A stretch of 64,000 nt of DNA, taken from positions 160,001 through 224,000 of the forward strand of contig CAWJTV010000036.1 in assembly GCA_963845755.1 (NCBI GenBank). Reading direction: 5' to 3'. This document shows, piece by piece, positions 22,603 through 32,806 of this stretch. The first letter of the stretch is position 1. Each line of letters begins with the position of its first letter. The notes beneath the pieces were generated by a model. That model searched no databases. It was not told where the DNA came from and saw nothing but the letters and a program-made list of their open reading frames with translations. Position numbers and translations under genes: made by a program. This DNA comes from an uncultured Planctomycetota bacterium. GTDB taxonomy: Bacteria; Planctomycetota; Planctomycetia; Isosphaerales; Isosphaeraceae.

Positions 22603-24117
22603 TCACTGCCGGAACTTCAGCCAGTTGTCGTACGAATGGGCCTGGTCACCGACGTACTGGTAGGACTCGAAGATCGCGCCCTGGCCCTGGATGCGCGGGT
22701 CCTGGTCCTGGCGGAGGCTGGCTTCCATCTCGGATTCGAGCTGTTTCTTGAGCGATTGGAGTCTTGGGTCGTTCGCCAGGTTCTTGATGCAATCGGGATC
22801 GTTCTTGAGATCGTAGAGCTCCTGGTCGGGGCGTTTCCCGAAGCAGAGACGGTAGGATTCGTTGAATGCGGAGGTCATCAGGGTCTTGGTCGGTCCATTG
22901 TCGCAATTGGTGTAGCCCGTCTCGGGATTGCCGGCGGGCCAGCGGTCGGGTTCGTAGTTGCGAATAAACAGATATTCGGATGTACGAATTCCCCGCGCGG
23001 GGTAGCCGGCATCGTTGGGCCGGCCGATGTCGTGGCGTTCCTTGCCCACGACCATGCGGTTGCGGGTCGGGTCGACCTGGCCCGATTTCTGGCTCTTCAG
23101 AACGTCAGCGAAGCTCCGCCCGCTCATCGAGCCGGGGATTTTGAGACCAACGGCGTCGAGGAAGGTGGGAGCGAAGTCGCGCACGTTGATGAAGTCATCG
23201 ACGACGCGGCCCGGTTTCACCTGCCGGCCCCAGCGGATCGCCATCGGGATGTGGAAGCCCGCGTCGTAGAGCTGCCCCTTGACGCGCGGGAAGGGCATGC
23301 CGTGATCGGATGTGTAGAGGATCAACGTGTCGTCGAGCGCGCCCGTCTTCTCCAGGTGGTCGAGGATCTTCGCGACCTGGGCGTCGAACCACTCGACTTC
23401 CAGCCCGTAGTCGAGCAGGTCGCTCCGGACGAGGCTCGTGTCGGGTAGATAGGCCGGGACCTCAACGTCGGCGAGCCGGCGACCCGCGCGGCGGCCGGAG
23501 CCTTCCTCGTAGAGGCGGTGGGGTTCATGGCCACCCACCCAGAAGCAGAAGGGTTGACCCGGCTTGCGACCCTCGAGGAACTCGGCGAAGTTGCGCGCGT
23601 AATCCGTCCGGTTGATCCCTTGCAACGGCGGATCGAGCTGGTACTTCTGATGGGCGGGCCCCGCGGGATTGCGCGGGAATCCACCGGTCTTGAAGTCGCC
23701 CGGTCCCCAACCCTTGCCGGTGTGGCCGACCTGGTAGCCGGCCCGTTCCATCAGGTCGGGGTAGACGGGCCACTTGGCCCGAAAGATGCCATAGTGGCAC
23801 ATGGCCTCCTCGAGCTGCCAGGTGTTCCGGCCGGTCAGGACGCTGGCCCGGCAGGGACTGCACTTGGGGTTGTTGGTGAAGGCGTTGTGGAAAAGCACCC
23901 CTTCTCGCGCGAGCCGGTCAAACGCCGGCGTCTTGATCCACCGGCAGCCATAAGCACCGGCGTGGCCCCACGACCAGTCGTCGGCGATGATCAAAAGGAT
24001 GTTGGGTCGCCTGGTGTCCTGGGCGCCGGCCTTGGCCAATGGGCCACCGGTCAGCAGGGTGAAGCACACGCTCAGGACGAACCAGGCTCGACCGACCCGA
24101 GATTGACTCTTCATCAC
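22603..24117 (-). CDS. Sulfatase
   Basis: PNILLIIADD, CSPCRASVLTGR (CxPxR), SDHG, and a signal peptide. Confidence 0.93.
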   Translation of the reverse strand: MMKSQSRVGRAWFVLSVCFTLLTGGPLAKAGAQDTRRPNILLIIADDWSWGHAGAYGCRWIKTPAFDRLAREGVLFHNAFTNNPKCSPCRASVLTGRNTWQLEEAMCHYGIFRAKWPVYPDLMERAGYQVGHTGKGWGPGDFKTGGFPRNPAGPAHQKYQLDPPLQGINRTDYARNFAEFLEGRKPGQPFCFWVGGHEPHRLYEEGSGRRAGRRLADVEVPAYLPDTSLVRSDLLDYGLEVEWFDAQVAKILDHLEKTGALDDTLILYTSDHGMPFPRVKGQLYDAGFHIPMAIRWGRQVKPGRVVDDFINVRDFAPTFLDAVGLKIPGSMSGRSFADVLKSQKSGQVDPTRNRMVVGKERHDIGRPNDAGYPARGIRTSEYLFIRNYEPDRWPAGNPETGYTNCDNGPTKTLMTSAFNESYRLCFGKRPDQELYDLKNDPDCIKNLANDPRLQSLKKQLESEMEASLRQDQDPRIQGQGAIFESYQYVGDQAHSYDNWLKFRQ

Positions 24118-24236
24118 GGTCTCCTCAAGGATGTGACCTCTCCGCCCGTCGCTCTGGGTCGAGACGCTGGTCCGGCCGGTGGAGACGGTCGGAATCTAAG
24201 CACCCGGCCACGGTTTTCGTGCACTGGTTCCCGGGC

Positions 24237-24290
24237 GAGCGGGGGGCGTCAGCCCCCTGTCCGATCGCCAGGACAGGGGGCTGACGCCCC
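24237..24290. repeat. REP-like hairpin
   Basis: GGGGCGTCAGCCCCCTGTCC...GGACAGGGGGCTGACGCCCC, a perfect 20-bp inverted repeat. Confidence 0.7.
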
Positions 24291-24310
24291 CATACAAAAC
24301 GGGTTAAGAA

Positions 24311-24458
24311 CTAGAGTGCACTACGATTGCGTTGCGCAGACTCTTGGGTCGTCGCGAAATCACCCCCCTGTATCCCCCCTTACGAAGTGGGGGGGATACA
24401 GGGGGGTTCCCCGGGAGTAAGCGTCGCGTGTATGCAACACAACCGTGAAGCGCTCTAA
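24311..24458. mobile_element. MITE-like element (copy A) with internal poly-C/poly-G hairpin
   Basis: Ends CTAGAGTGCA...AAGCGCTCTAA; internal ACCCCCCTGTATCCCCCC/GGGGGGATACAGGGGGGT. Its reverse complement matches the IS-interrupted copy at 28112-29595. Confidence 0.65.
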
Positions 24459-24620
24459 CTCCTCTGGTCCAATAGAAGCGACCCGGCCCAATGATCTCCC
24501 CAATGACTGAGGATAGCCAAGTTATCAAATCATCCCGTTTGCTTCGGGCACGCCTGCCGGAAGGAGACGCTGCTTTGATCGCCGCCGGGTGCGGGCTGGC
24601 AACGTCGCGATGCGCAGGAG

Positions 24621-27600
24621 CTATCGCGAGATCGTGATGCGGAGGATCTTTCCGTCATGGCTCGGGTTGACGAACACGGTGACCGTCAATTCCTCGCGGC
24701 AGGCTTTGAGCACCAATTCGCCGACCCGACCCACCCGGCTGTGGAAGGTTCGGGGTTCGCAGCAGGTCTCGAGCACGAATCCGACGAAATCGCCGTGGCA
24801 ATTGAACAGCACTTCGCACACCTTGCCGGTGAATTCCTCGACCTTGCCGCGGTGTTTTTGCGTGAGCGAGGGAGGAACGTACGTCAGCGACGGGGGGATC
24901 TCCGACGCGTTGCCCCCCATCCCGTTGACACGACCGGAGAGATACTCGATGTAGCGCAGGAGCACCGGATACCACCGGTTCGTCGGCCCCATTTGCAGGA
25001 TCCGCCATTTCATGATCGCGAGCGTCGTTTCCTCCGACGGCAGGATCGTGTCGGCAGTCGCCACCGGAATGTGCACCTGGAACGTGCCGATCACATACCG
25101 CCAGCGGATGACGGACGCGACCGCCGCGAGCGGCTGCTGGGCCGTCTCGGCGTGAGTGTGCGTCTCGGGAGCGCTGTGCGTATGGTGCGTGTGGTGCGCC
25201 GCTTTCGTGTCCCGTCGGTGCTTCGGCGCGTGGGAGTGCGCTTCAATCTGCGGTATTGGCGGAGGCGGCGTTGGTGGTGGCGGCAGCGGGGCGGAGCGTG
25301 TCCCGATGCGCTTGACCGTGATGTCGTAAGACTCCCCGCTGCGCACCGAGCTGGGCAGATCCACGGTGAACAACCCCGCGAAGTTCTCGCCGCTGCCTTT
25401 GGGGATCGGGACGTAGCTGAGACCGCCGGTGATCGGAATCTTGATCGTGTGCGCGTCCACCGCGGTGAGGGGCGTCGCGCCATAGAACTGCTGGGCGAGT
25501 GTGATGACGTCGCTGGCGAGCACCTGCGGCCAGTAGAGCGAGGCAACCGATCCACTGGGGATTCGCCCCCAATCGATCATGAGCTCGTCCGGGAAGACGG
25601 TATCGAGGCCGTTCAGCGGCACGTAGAGGTTGCTCGGCCGGCAATCGAAGGTTTGCGGGATGCGGTGGGTCGAGGCCGGGCCGGGGTTGTCCGACGAGGT
25701 GAATTGCAGATTGCGCCTGCGCGAGCTGATCCCAGGAGAGCGGCGAGGAGCCCGTGGGGATCGGTGCATCGTCGAAGGCGATCTCGGCGACCAGGCAATG
25801 ATGCGTTCCCGGCAGATAGGCCTGAATCTGCTGGTTGTTGAACTGATTGTTCTGGTCGTAGAAATTGAGGAAACAGCCGTAGTAGGCCCAGAGGCTGTCC
25901 TGGTTGGTGGGGATCACGAGGGTCTGGTTGTTGACGCCGGGGGACGTGTAGTCGGTCTGGCTGGGGAAATTGTTCGTGGCGAAGAGCGGGAAGGTCGTAT
26001 TGCCGGCGCCGACGTTTGGTGAACCGGGTTTGCCTGCCGCGTCCGGCGAAAAGGCGTAGGTGGTGTTGGGCTGGTAGTCGGTGTCGTTGCTCTGCGTGCC
26101 GAAGATGCGGAAGAACACGCGGACGTTGGTCGCCTCGCCCGCGATGCCCGGCGAGCCGCGCAGCGCACATGCGCGATGGCGAAGCTGTAATTGTTCAAGA
26201 TCTGGAATGGCAGCAGGTTGAACGTCCAGGGAAAGACTGAGGAATCGGCCTGGTCGGAGCCATCCTGGTTCGGCAGGACGGTGGCGAAGGGATCGGGGCC
26301 GGCCGGATTGGTGAAGCCGGCCAGCGGATCGTTGAAGTGCTTGAGCACGTTCTGAATGTAGGTGTAGGCACCCGAAACGCTGTCCGCGAGCGCGGCAACG
26401 TTGGGGATCGGGGTCGCGTTGAGTCCCGGCGTCACCATGAAGACCCGCAGGTCTTCGCTCAGATAAGGGAGATTGCTGTTGCTGGAATTCATGTTGCTGA
26501 AATACGGGTCCGCGCCGGCGACGAGTTCGATCTGGGTCGACGCCTGAGACGCCGTCACGGTGTTTCCGCCGGCGGTGAGTGAGACGGAGAGCCCGAAAGG
26601 GGTCGAGCCGCTGCTGGGAAACTGGTTGAGGAACGGCGCCGAGAGGACGATGTCGAATGGGATCTGGATTCGTTGCGGCGCGTACTGGCTGACGCCGCTC
26701 TGGAACTGCGCCCCGAGAGGATTGGGCTGGATGATCACGCCGGGCAGGCTCGCGAAGGTCCCGGTGAATGCCGCGACCTGAATATTCAGGTTGGCGAACG
26801 CCGCCTTGCTGAGGCCCTGGATCCAGAGCGTGAAGGCGCCGGAAACCAGTCCGCCCTGCGAATTGATGATGTCCTTGGATTCGTCGGCGCCGAACGTGCT
26901 CTTGACGCCGACGAACGACACGCTCGCGATCGGCCAGGGATTGTCCGGGTTCGGTCCCGTGATCCGCGCGGTTCCGGGATAGCCGAGATCGACCAGGTTC
27001 TTGAAGTAGGGGAATGGATCGCTCTGATCGCCCGTGATGTTCGCGTAGACGCCGGACAGTTGCTGGGCTCCGCTGGAGGTCATCAGCGTGATCGGGCAGC
27101 CGAGCTGCGTGAAGAGGTAATAGACGAAAACGGTCGCGCAACCGATCGTGGGGTCGATCTGGTTGTCGGACGGATTCACGTGGTTGACGAAGTCGGCTCT
27201 CGGGCTGTTCATCCACTGGTTTGAGACTGCGTAGCCGGACTCACCGCCCGAGGCGCCGTGTTTCTGGATGAGAAGCTGCGCCGCAAAAAGCGCGACAGGC
27301 CTTCGCCTGCGCTGCCCTCGTTGCCGCCGCTCGACCAGTTGCCGCCGTACCAGTCCGAGCCCGTGGAGGACATGAACATCTCGACGACTTCAGACACGAT
27401 GAGATAGCGGAGGAACCAGGGGTTGACCGTCGCGGTCGAATTATTCGCCGGCACGCCGGGATAGAGCGTTATGGGGCCTGACAGATTCGGCCAGCATGTC
27501 GCCCGTGCCCGATCCGACGGGCGCGTTGACCCCCGAGAGGATGTTGACCTGCATTTGTCCCGACCACGGGCTCGACGCGTTGTTGAAGAATTGCTGCATC

Positions 27601-27776
27601 CAGGAGAAGTCGATGTTAACATTCTCCCTGAACGTCTCGAACGCAGTCTGCGCGGCCGACGACGTGATCGTGTTGTCGTACTGGACCTGATAGGAACTGG
27701 TCTTGCCGTTGTTTTGGAGGTTCGACGTCGTCAACGTGGGCGACGACCCGCTCGCCAACTGACCGCAGCTCGCCAT
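24621..27776 (-). CDS. Large hypothetical protein (about 1050 aa) split by several frameshifts
   Basis: Successive protein-like segments in ORFs 27441-27776, 27209-27622, 25914-27212, 25243-27216 (part) and 24621-25769. Confidence 0.7.
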
Positions 27777-28265
27777 GGCTCTACCCCGCTTGGTGTTTCG
27801 GTGTTATCTCTGATCATGGGGTCGCCCCGTTTTCGGACCTCTGGCCGACCTTTCCCGGATGACCGCTGAGATCGAGCGCTTTGGTCACATGCTGGGTCAC
27901 TGGAAACAGAATTCCAGCAGGCCGGAACGGTCCGGTCAAGCGACCACTGGTTCTGAACCTGGAATCGTCCGCCTTTGGCATCGAAGGCCGACGTCTCAGC
28001 CGTCACCGACGGCCTTTTCGCCGGCCTGCTCCCCGTTTCTTGGTCCAGTGATAACAGGCCCTAACAAGAAGGGGACAGGAACCTCGAAGACTCGGAGCCC
28101 GTCCCCTTCTTGTTAGGGCGCCTAACGGTTGGGTTGCACACACTCGAAGCCTACTCCCGAAGAACCCCCCGGAACCCCCCCTTCGCAAGGGGGTGGCCTG
28201 CCCCCCAAAACCTGGTCCAGTCTTAATGGGGATCGTACAACTGGCACAGAGCCAGGGAGCGACCC

Positions 28266-28541
28266 ATGCGAAAACGACCGAGTCCGGACCAGATTGCATC
28301 CATCCTTCGAGACTTCCAAGCCGACCTCGACGCCGGCTTGACCCTCCACCAGGCCTGCCGCAAGGCCGGCATCGGACCGACGACCTACTACCGCTGGAAG
28401 GCTCTCCAGGAGGAACCTATATCGCGTGAACAATTTCACATTTCAGAACTCGAAGCCGAAATCGATCGCCTCAAGCTCCTGGTCGCCGAGCTGGCGCTGG
28501 ACCGCCGCATGCTCCAGGAGGCCTTGAAAAAAAGGCCATGA
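28266..28541 (+). CDS. IS3 transposase OrfA (HTH)
   Basis: QACRKAGIGPTTYYRWK...LEAEIDRLKLLVAELALD. Confidence 0.9.
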   Translation: MRKRPSPDQIASILRDFQADLDAGLTLHQACRKAGIGPTTYYRWKALQEEPISREQFHISELEAEIDRLKLLVAELALDRRMLQEALKKRP

Positions 28542-29441
28542 CTGCCCCCAGACGCCGCATGATCGTCAAAGAATTATGTGAAGAATTCCACGTATCTCAA
28601 CGCCGCGCGTCGCGGGCGCTGGACCTGGCCCGGTCCGGCCTTCGCTACGCGCCGGTCGTTCGCGATGAGCAGGTGGCGCTGGCTCGACGCATCGAGGAAC
28701 TGGCCGGGGCCCGACCGCGGTTCGGCTACCGGCGGATCTGGGCCTTGCTGGATCGCGAGGGCTGGACGGTCAACAAGAAGGCCGTGCGTTGACTCTATCG
28801 CGAGCTGGGGCTGAAAGTGGCCCAACCGCGGGCCAATCCCAAGCCGCGCCGGGCTCATGGGCAGGACGAGAATGCCTGCCACCTCCGGCCCGCGCGCGGG
28901 AAAAACGACGTATGGACATGGGACTTTATCTTCGACCGTACCAGTGACGGTCGAAGTCTCAAATGGCTGAGTATTGTTGATGAATATACTCGAGAATGCT
29001 TGGCCTTGGAGCCGCGCCGGGGTATGACGGCCGAGGACATCCGGGTCATCCTGGCCGAAGTCGCGGCCGGTCGCGGCGGCCCGCCGTGCCGGATGCGAAG
29101 CGACAACGGGCCGGAGTTCGTTGCCGAGGTGGTGCGGTCGTGGCTGGAGGACACCGGCTCCGGGACCTGGCCCGTGGCGCCGGGGAGCCCCTGGCAGAAC
29201 GGTTATGCGGAGTCGTTTCATAGCAAGGTCCGTGACGAGTTCCTGAACCGCGAGGAATTCGAGAGCGAACCGCAGGCCAGGGCGTTGGGCCGCGCTCTGG
29301 ATGGAGGAGTACAATACCGAACGCCCGCACAGTTCCCTGGGATATCAGACACCGGCCGAATTCGCGGCCACTTGTGTGAGGTATGTGCCTATCGATGAAG
29401 ACCCGCCCGATCCCTCGTCTACTGAATCAACGAACAGGTGA
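28538..29441 (+). CDS. IS3 transposase OrfB (DDE), with frameshifts
   Basis: FGYRRI, WTWDF, DEYTRECL, RSDNGPEF and PWQNGYAESF motifs. Confidence 0.9.
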
Positions 29442-29601
29442 TTCCCATTATCACTGGACCAAGAAATGGGGAGCAGGCCAGGGGATGTTGATCGGGAAAC
29501 ACCCATCTCCTGTCCCCCCCTTGCGAAGGGGGGGTTCCGGGGGGTGAATTCGCATCGGCACCGAGCATGCGCAATGCAAAAGCTAAGCGCTCTAGGGCCT
29601 C

Positions 29602-29790
29602 TACTGAGCGTTGCATGGAAAAGTAAACTCATCCGGTCATCGCTGAGTTTCTCAGAGACCCAAGCTTGGAAGCCGAGAGTCGGGGATCGCCCTTGTTTCA
29701 GGCGTTTGGAACGTGTGCCGACGACCGACCTCACGATCCCCGTCGAAGCGACTGCCTCGAGAAGTTTACTTTTCCATGCAACGCTCAGTA
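29602..29790. mobile_element. MITE with perfect 28-bp terminal inverted repeats (TA-bounded)
   Basis: TACTGAGCGTTGCATGGAAAAGTAAACT ... AGTTTACTTTTCCATGCAACGCTCAGTA; no transposase inside. Confidence 0.8.
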
Positions 29791-30167
29791 ATGGGAATTG
29801 CCTGTTCGTTGATTCAGCAGACGGAAGCGAATTCGGTGTGAGTTCATTTTTCCCCTCGAAAAGATGAACTCACACCAATTATGCCCCTCTTCCAATAGAC
29901 TTTATCAGGAATAAGGGACTTACCCCGAAAAACCCGGGGAAATCGAGACTGTAGCAACGGGACCGGGCTCGACACGGGAAACGGGGACATATCTAGTTTC
30001 CAGGTCGCCAAAACGCGGTTCTCCCGCACTTTCGACGATCCGAGACCGCCAACTCACACAGAAGTCCCCGTTTTGACGGGATTCTCGGTCGTTCCGGCCC
30101 GGAGTGGCACTGTCCACATCGAGAATACGAGAGAACCCAAAACGCGTCCCTGTTTCGTTGGTCGGAA

Positions 30168-30677
30168 TCAAAGGGGTCGGGAGTCGATTCGCCTTCTCCT
30201 GACCTTTTCGAAGCCTCCATCGCCGGTTCGTTGTACGTCGCAGTCAGTCACCGCTCGTCGCTGGCTTGGGCGCACTTCGAAGTACGAGAGGGATCGGTAG
30301 AAGCACACATCGAATTCCATGAAAAAATTGACCTGACCCAACAACACCGGTACGGCGTCGGTCTTGGCCCACGCGAACGCAAGCCGGACCGGCGCGAATG
30401 GCCCGACGACTGCCGACAGGATCAGCGCGCGGGCCTCGCAGGCTGCCAGGTTGCCGCTCAACGTCATCGGAGTCGTTTGCTCCTCCCACACCGCACCCAA
30501 CCGCTCTCCGGCCGTATAGGGCAACACGTTGACCGTGGCGCCGGTCTCCAGCAACCCGGAGATCATGGTGGATTCTCTCCCGATCCGAGTGAGCGGGAGG
30601 AATGGAGCGTGACTGGCGATCCCCAAGCTCTGATCCCGCTCGATGAACGGGTATCGAGCTGCCGTCATGCTGCTCAC
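30168..30677 (-). CDS. Retropepsin-like aspartyl protease family protein
   Basis: GLLETGATVNVLP (DTG motif reads ETG here) and VLLGQVNFFMEFDVCF. Confidence 0.65.
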   Translation of the reverse strand: MSSMTAARYPFIERDQSLGIASHAPFLPLTRIGRESTMISGLLETGATVNVLPYTAGERLGAVWEEQTTPMTLSGNLAACEARALILSAVVGPFAPVRLAFAWAKTDAVPVLLGQVNFFMEFDVCFYRSLSYFEVRPSQRRAVTDCDVQRTGDGGFEKVRRRRIDSRPL

Positions 30678-30886
30678 GACCGCGCCCTTTCCTGGTCCAG
30701 TTCCTGGAGTAGCACAGCGGCTGCTTCGTAAGCCCGGTCCGGCGACCAGAGGGGATAAGTCTGGTTCGCTTCGAAGGGGACGGCTTGCTCATCTTGGGCA
30801 AGGTCTTCCGCGAGGACCTGGATCAAACGCAGCTTGTCAACCCGTGACAGCGCACGGATTGTTGGCAATACTTCCGCAATCGACAT
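30674..30886 (-). CDS. Small hypothetical protein, translationally coupled to the protease-like gene (antitoxin-like)
   Basis: MSIAEVLPTIRALSRVDKLRLIQVL...; 4-bp overlap with the next gene; GGAGG RBS. Confidence 0.65.
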   Translation of the reverse strand: MSIAEVLPTIRALSRVDKLRLIQVLAEDLAQDEQAVPFEANQTYPLWSPDRAYEAAAVLLQELDQERARS

Positions 30887-31174
30887 GCTTGACCTCCCGT
30901 GCACGACAGAGCTGGAAATCCGGACTCGGCGTTCCGGCCCGCGGAGTCGCCGTCCCGATTCTACCAGAACCGGTGCCGCAAGAGTGTGGGGGGAAGGGGG
31001 CGAAATGGGGTGGGAACATTCCTAAATTTCAGCGCGGACTGGGAGGTCCGGAGAAATTGGAAGACCCGGGGTCAAACTTTGTTCCGCAGCCCATAATGCC
31101 GTTGGACTTGCCGGTGAAAGTCCGGTCGTGGGAATTGACCGTTTACCCACGTAGTCCTATTCGACGTTGGCTCG

Positions 31175-31665
31175 GGGCGACCCGGCCAGCGAACGCTCGA
31201 ACGTAAACGTCCTCGATAGGAGGGCAAGCCAGCTCGCGGGCCGGATCAGGAGCGCGAACTCAGCTCGGAGTGAACTCTGCAGCCTCGAAACGACCAATGT
31301 GGCCGCCGAACCTGGAACAACGGGGTGAAGGCTACTACCGAAGAGGAAGCAACAGTCCTTGGCACTCTTCGGGCCACCGGGGTAAGGGAGGCGGCACGCG
31401 AGCCCAGTCCCACGGAGTCAATTGGGGAACCTCTGGATTCCCACCGGAAGCCGATTTCCTGGGGTGCAGCCGACTCCGCCACGAATCCATAAGTGGCGGG
31501 GAGGGATTCCGAGGCTCGGATGAGGCCGTAGTAAGCGATGACCCGACGGGACAACATAACCCGATGGCGAGACAAGGGCCTCTGGATGGGCGTGTTGGAG
31601 TTGCGGGGAGTCGTGCCACATTGAGCCGAGAGGCTCGAGAACGGGTTATCCCTTCGGGGATCACG
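31175..31665 (+). ncRNA. Group II intron 5' fragment (domains I-III; no RT ORF, DV or DVI seen)
   Basis: Starts GGGCGACCCGG (near the GUGYG consensus). Contains GCCTCGAAA, GCCGAACC...GGTGAAGGC, CCACCGGGGTAA...GCGGCACG, and TCGGATGAGGCCGTAGTAAGCGATGA...AAGGGCCTC, in the order expected for DI to DIII. Confidence 0.65.
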
Positions 31666-32122
31666 TATTCCTGGCAGATCCCCGATTGGCTCGTCGTCGG
31701 ACGGCGGACGCCAGCCGGCAAGGACCCAAGGGGCGCGGACGATCAGAGCATCTGGATCGTCGGCCAGATGCAGCAAGGCCACAGTCGCGACCGGTCGGTG
31801 TCAGGCCGATGACCCGAATACCATCCTCGGACCAACGAAAATGCTCGGACCAACCCTGAGTCCTGGGATTGAACAGCGGCACTTCGGCACCCGTGTCCGG
31901 ATCTTGTGCCGAAGTCCGGTCGGCTTTGAAGCGGTTGCACAGCGGACAGCTTAACCAGAGGTTTGATTCGGAACGATCGCCACCCTTGGCCACGGGGATC
32001 ATGTGCTCGATCTCCAGGTGGGCCATCACCAGCCGCTGAGGGCTGAGGCAGAAGCCACAACGGTGCCGGGCTGCCTGCCGCACGCGTCTCTCGACTTCGA
32101 CTGGGATGTATTCACGCGGCAT
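31661..32122 (-). CDS. HNH endonuclease (toxin-like), frameshifted near the 3' end
   Basis: RCGFC...EIEHMIPVAKGG...SNLWLSCPLCNRFK, LFNPR...WSEHF, GLTPTGR. Confidence 0.88.
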   Translation of the reverse strand: MPREYIPVEVERRVRQAARHRCGFCLSPQRLVMAHLEIEHMIPVAKGGDRSESNLWLSCPLCNRFKADRTSAQDPDTGAEVPLFNPRTQGWSEHFRWSEDGIRVIGLTPTGRDCGLAASGRRSRCSDRPRPLGPCRLASAVRRRANRGSARNT

Positions 32123-32510
32123 GATCGTCGTCGTCGTCGGCCTCGGTGTCGGTCGGCGGAGTCCGGAGGCCCCCGGCTCACCACTTCCTTCCAGGCGCGG
32201 GCCTTGAGCACCAGGCCGCGTCGGTACTCGGCCATGAGTTCGTCGAGTCGGACGGCCCGGCGGTATCGAGCGTGCCTTCGCGGGCCTCCCCGAGTCGATC
32301 GCTCAATTCGGCCTGCTCACCGGCCTCGAGCGTCGCGTCGCAAAGCCTCAACAGTTCGTCGTCGGGTAAAGTCTCGACATCCGGATCGGTGACGGCTCGG
32401 TCGATCCAGTCGATGACCGCATCTTCAAGGCGCCGATTGCCTGCGGCCGCCAACCGGCGTGCCCGCCGCGACAGCTCATCCGGAAGCTCGATGGTGACTC
32501 TCTCGCTCAT
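32119..32510 (-). CDS. Antitoxin-like partner of the HNH gene (RHH-like N-terminus), frameshifted
   Basis: MSERVTIELPDELSRRARRLA..., continuing as ...YRRGLVLKARA in another frame; abuts the HNH start. Confidence 0.65.
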
Positions 32511-32806
32511 CGGGTCGGCACTCCCAGATCCCGGGCCTTACCCGTCCGACCGGCGATTTCCATGGCCTCATGGCGACTCCGCACGCTTTCAATCCTACCA
32601 CTGCGAGATTCTGCCGGGTCGTTCGATTGGTCGATGCCTGACGATCGGCGCCTCGCGGGTGCCTCATCTTCCGGTTGAGCGGACCGCGCCGTAAAAAAAG
32701 CGGACATTCCGGGACTACCCACTCGCATGGAGCCATCCGTTGTGGCAAAATTGCGCGGTGCCAAATTAACGTCTCGGTCTGACGATCCACTCGATGAGGT
32801 CGGGCC

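Larger units (their letters stand above)
28194..29480 (+). mobile_element. IS3-family insertion sequence, copy 1
   Basis: TG...CA ends with IRs TGGCCTGCCCCCCAAAACCTGGTCCAG / CTGGACCAAGAAATGGGGAGCAGGCCA. orfA/orfB overlap at an A7G slippery site (28527-28534). Flanked by GGG on both sides. Confidence 0.95.
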
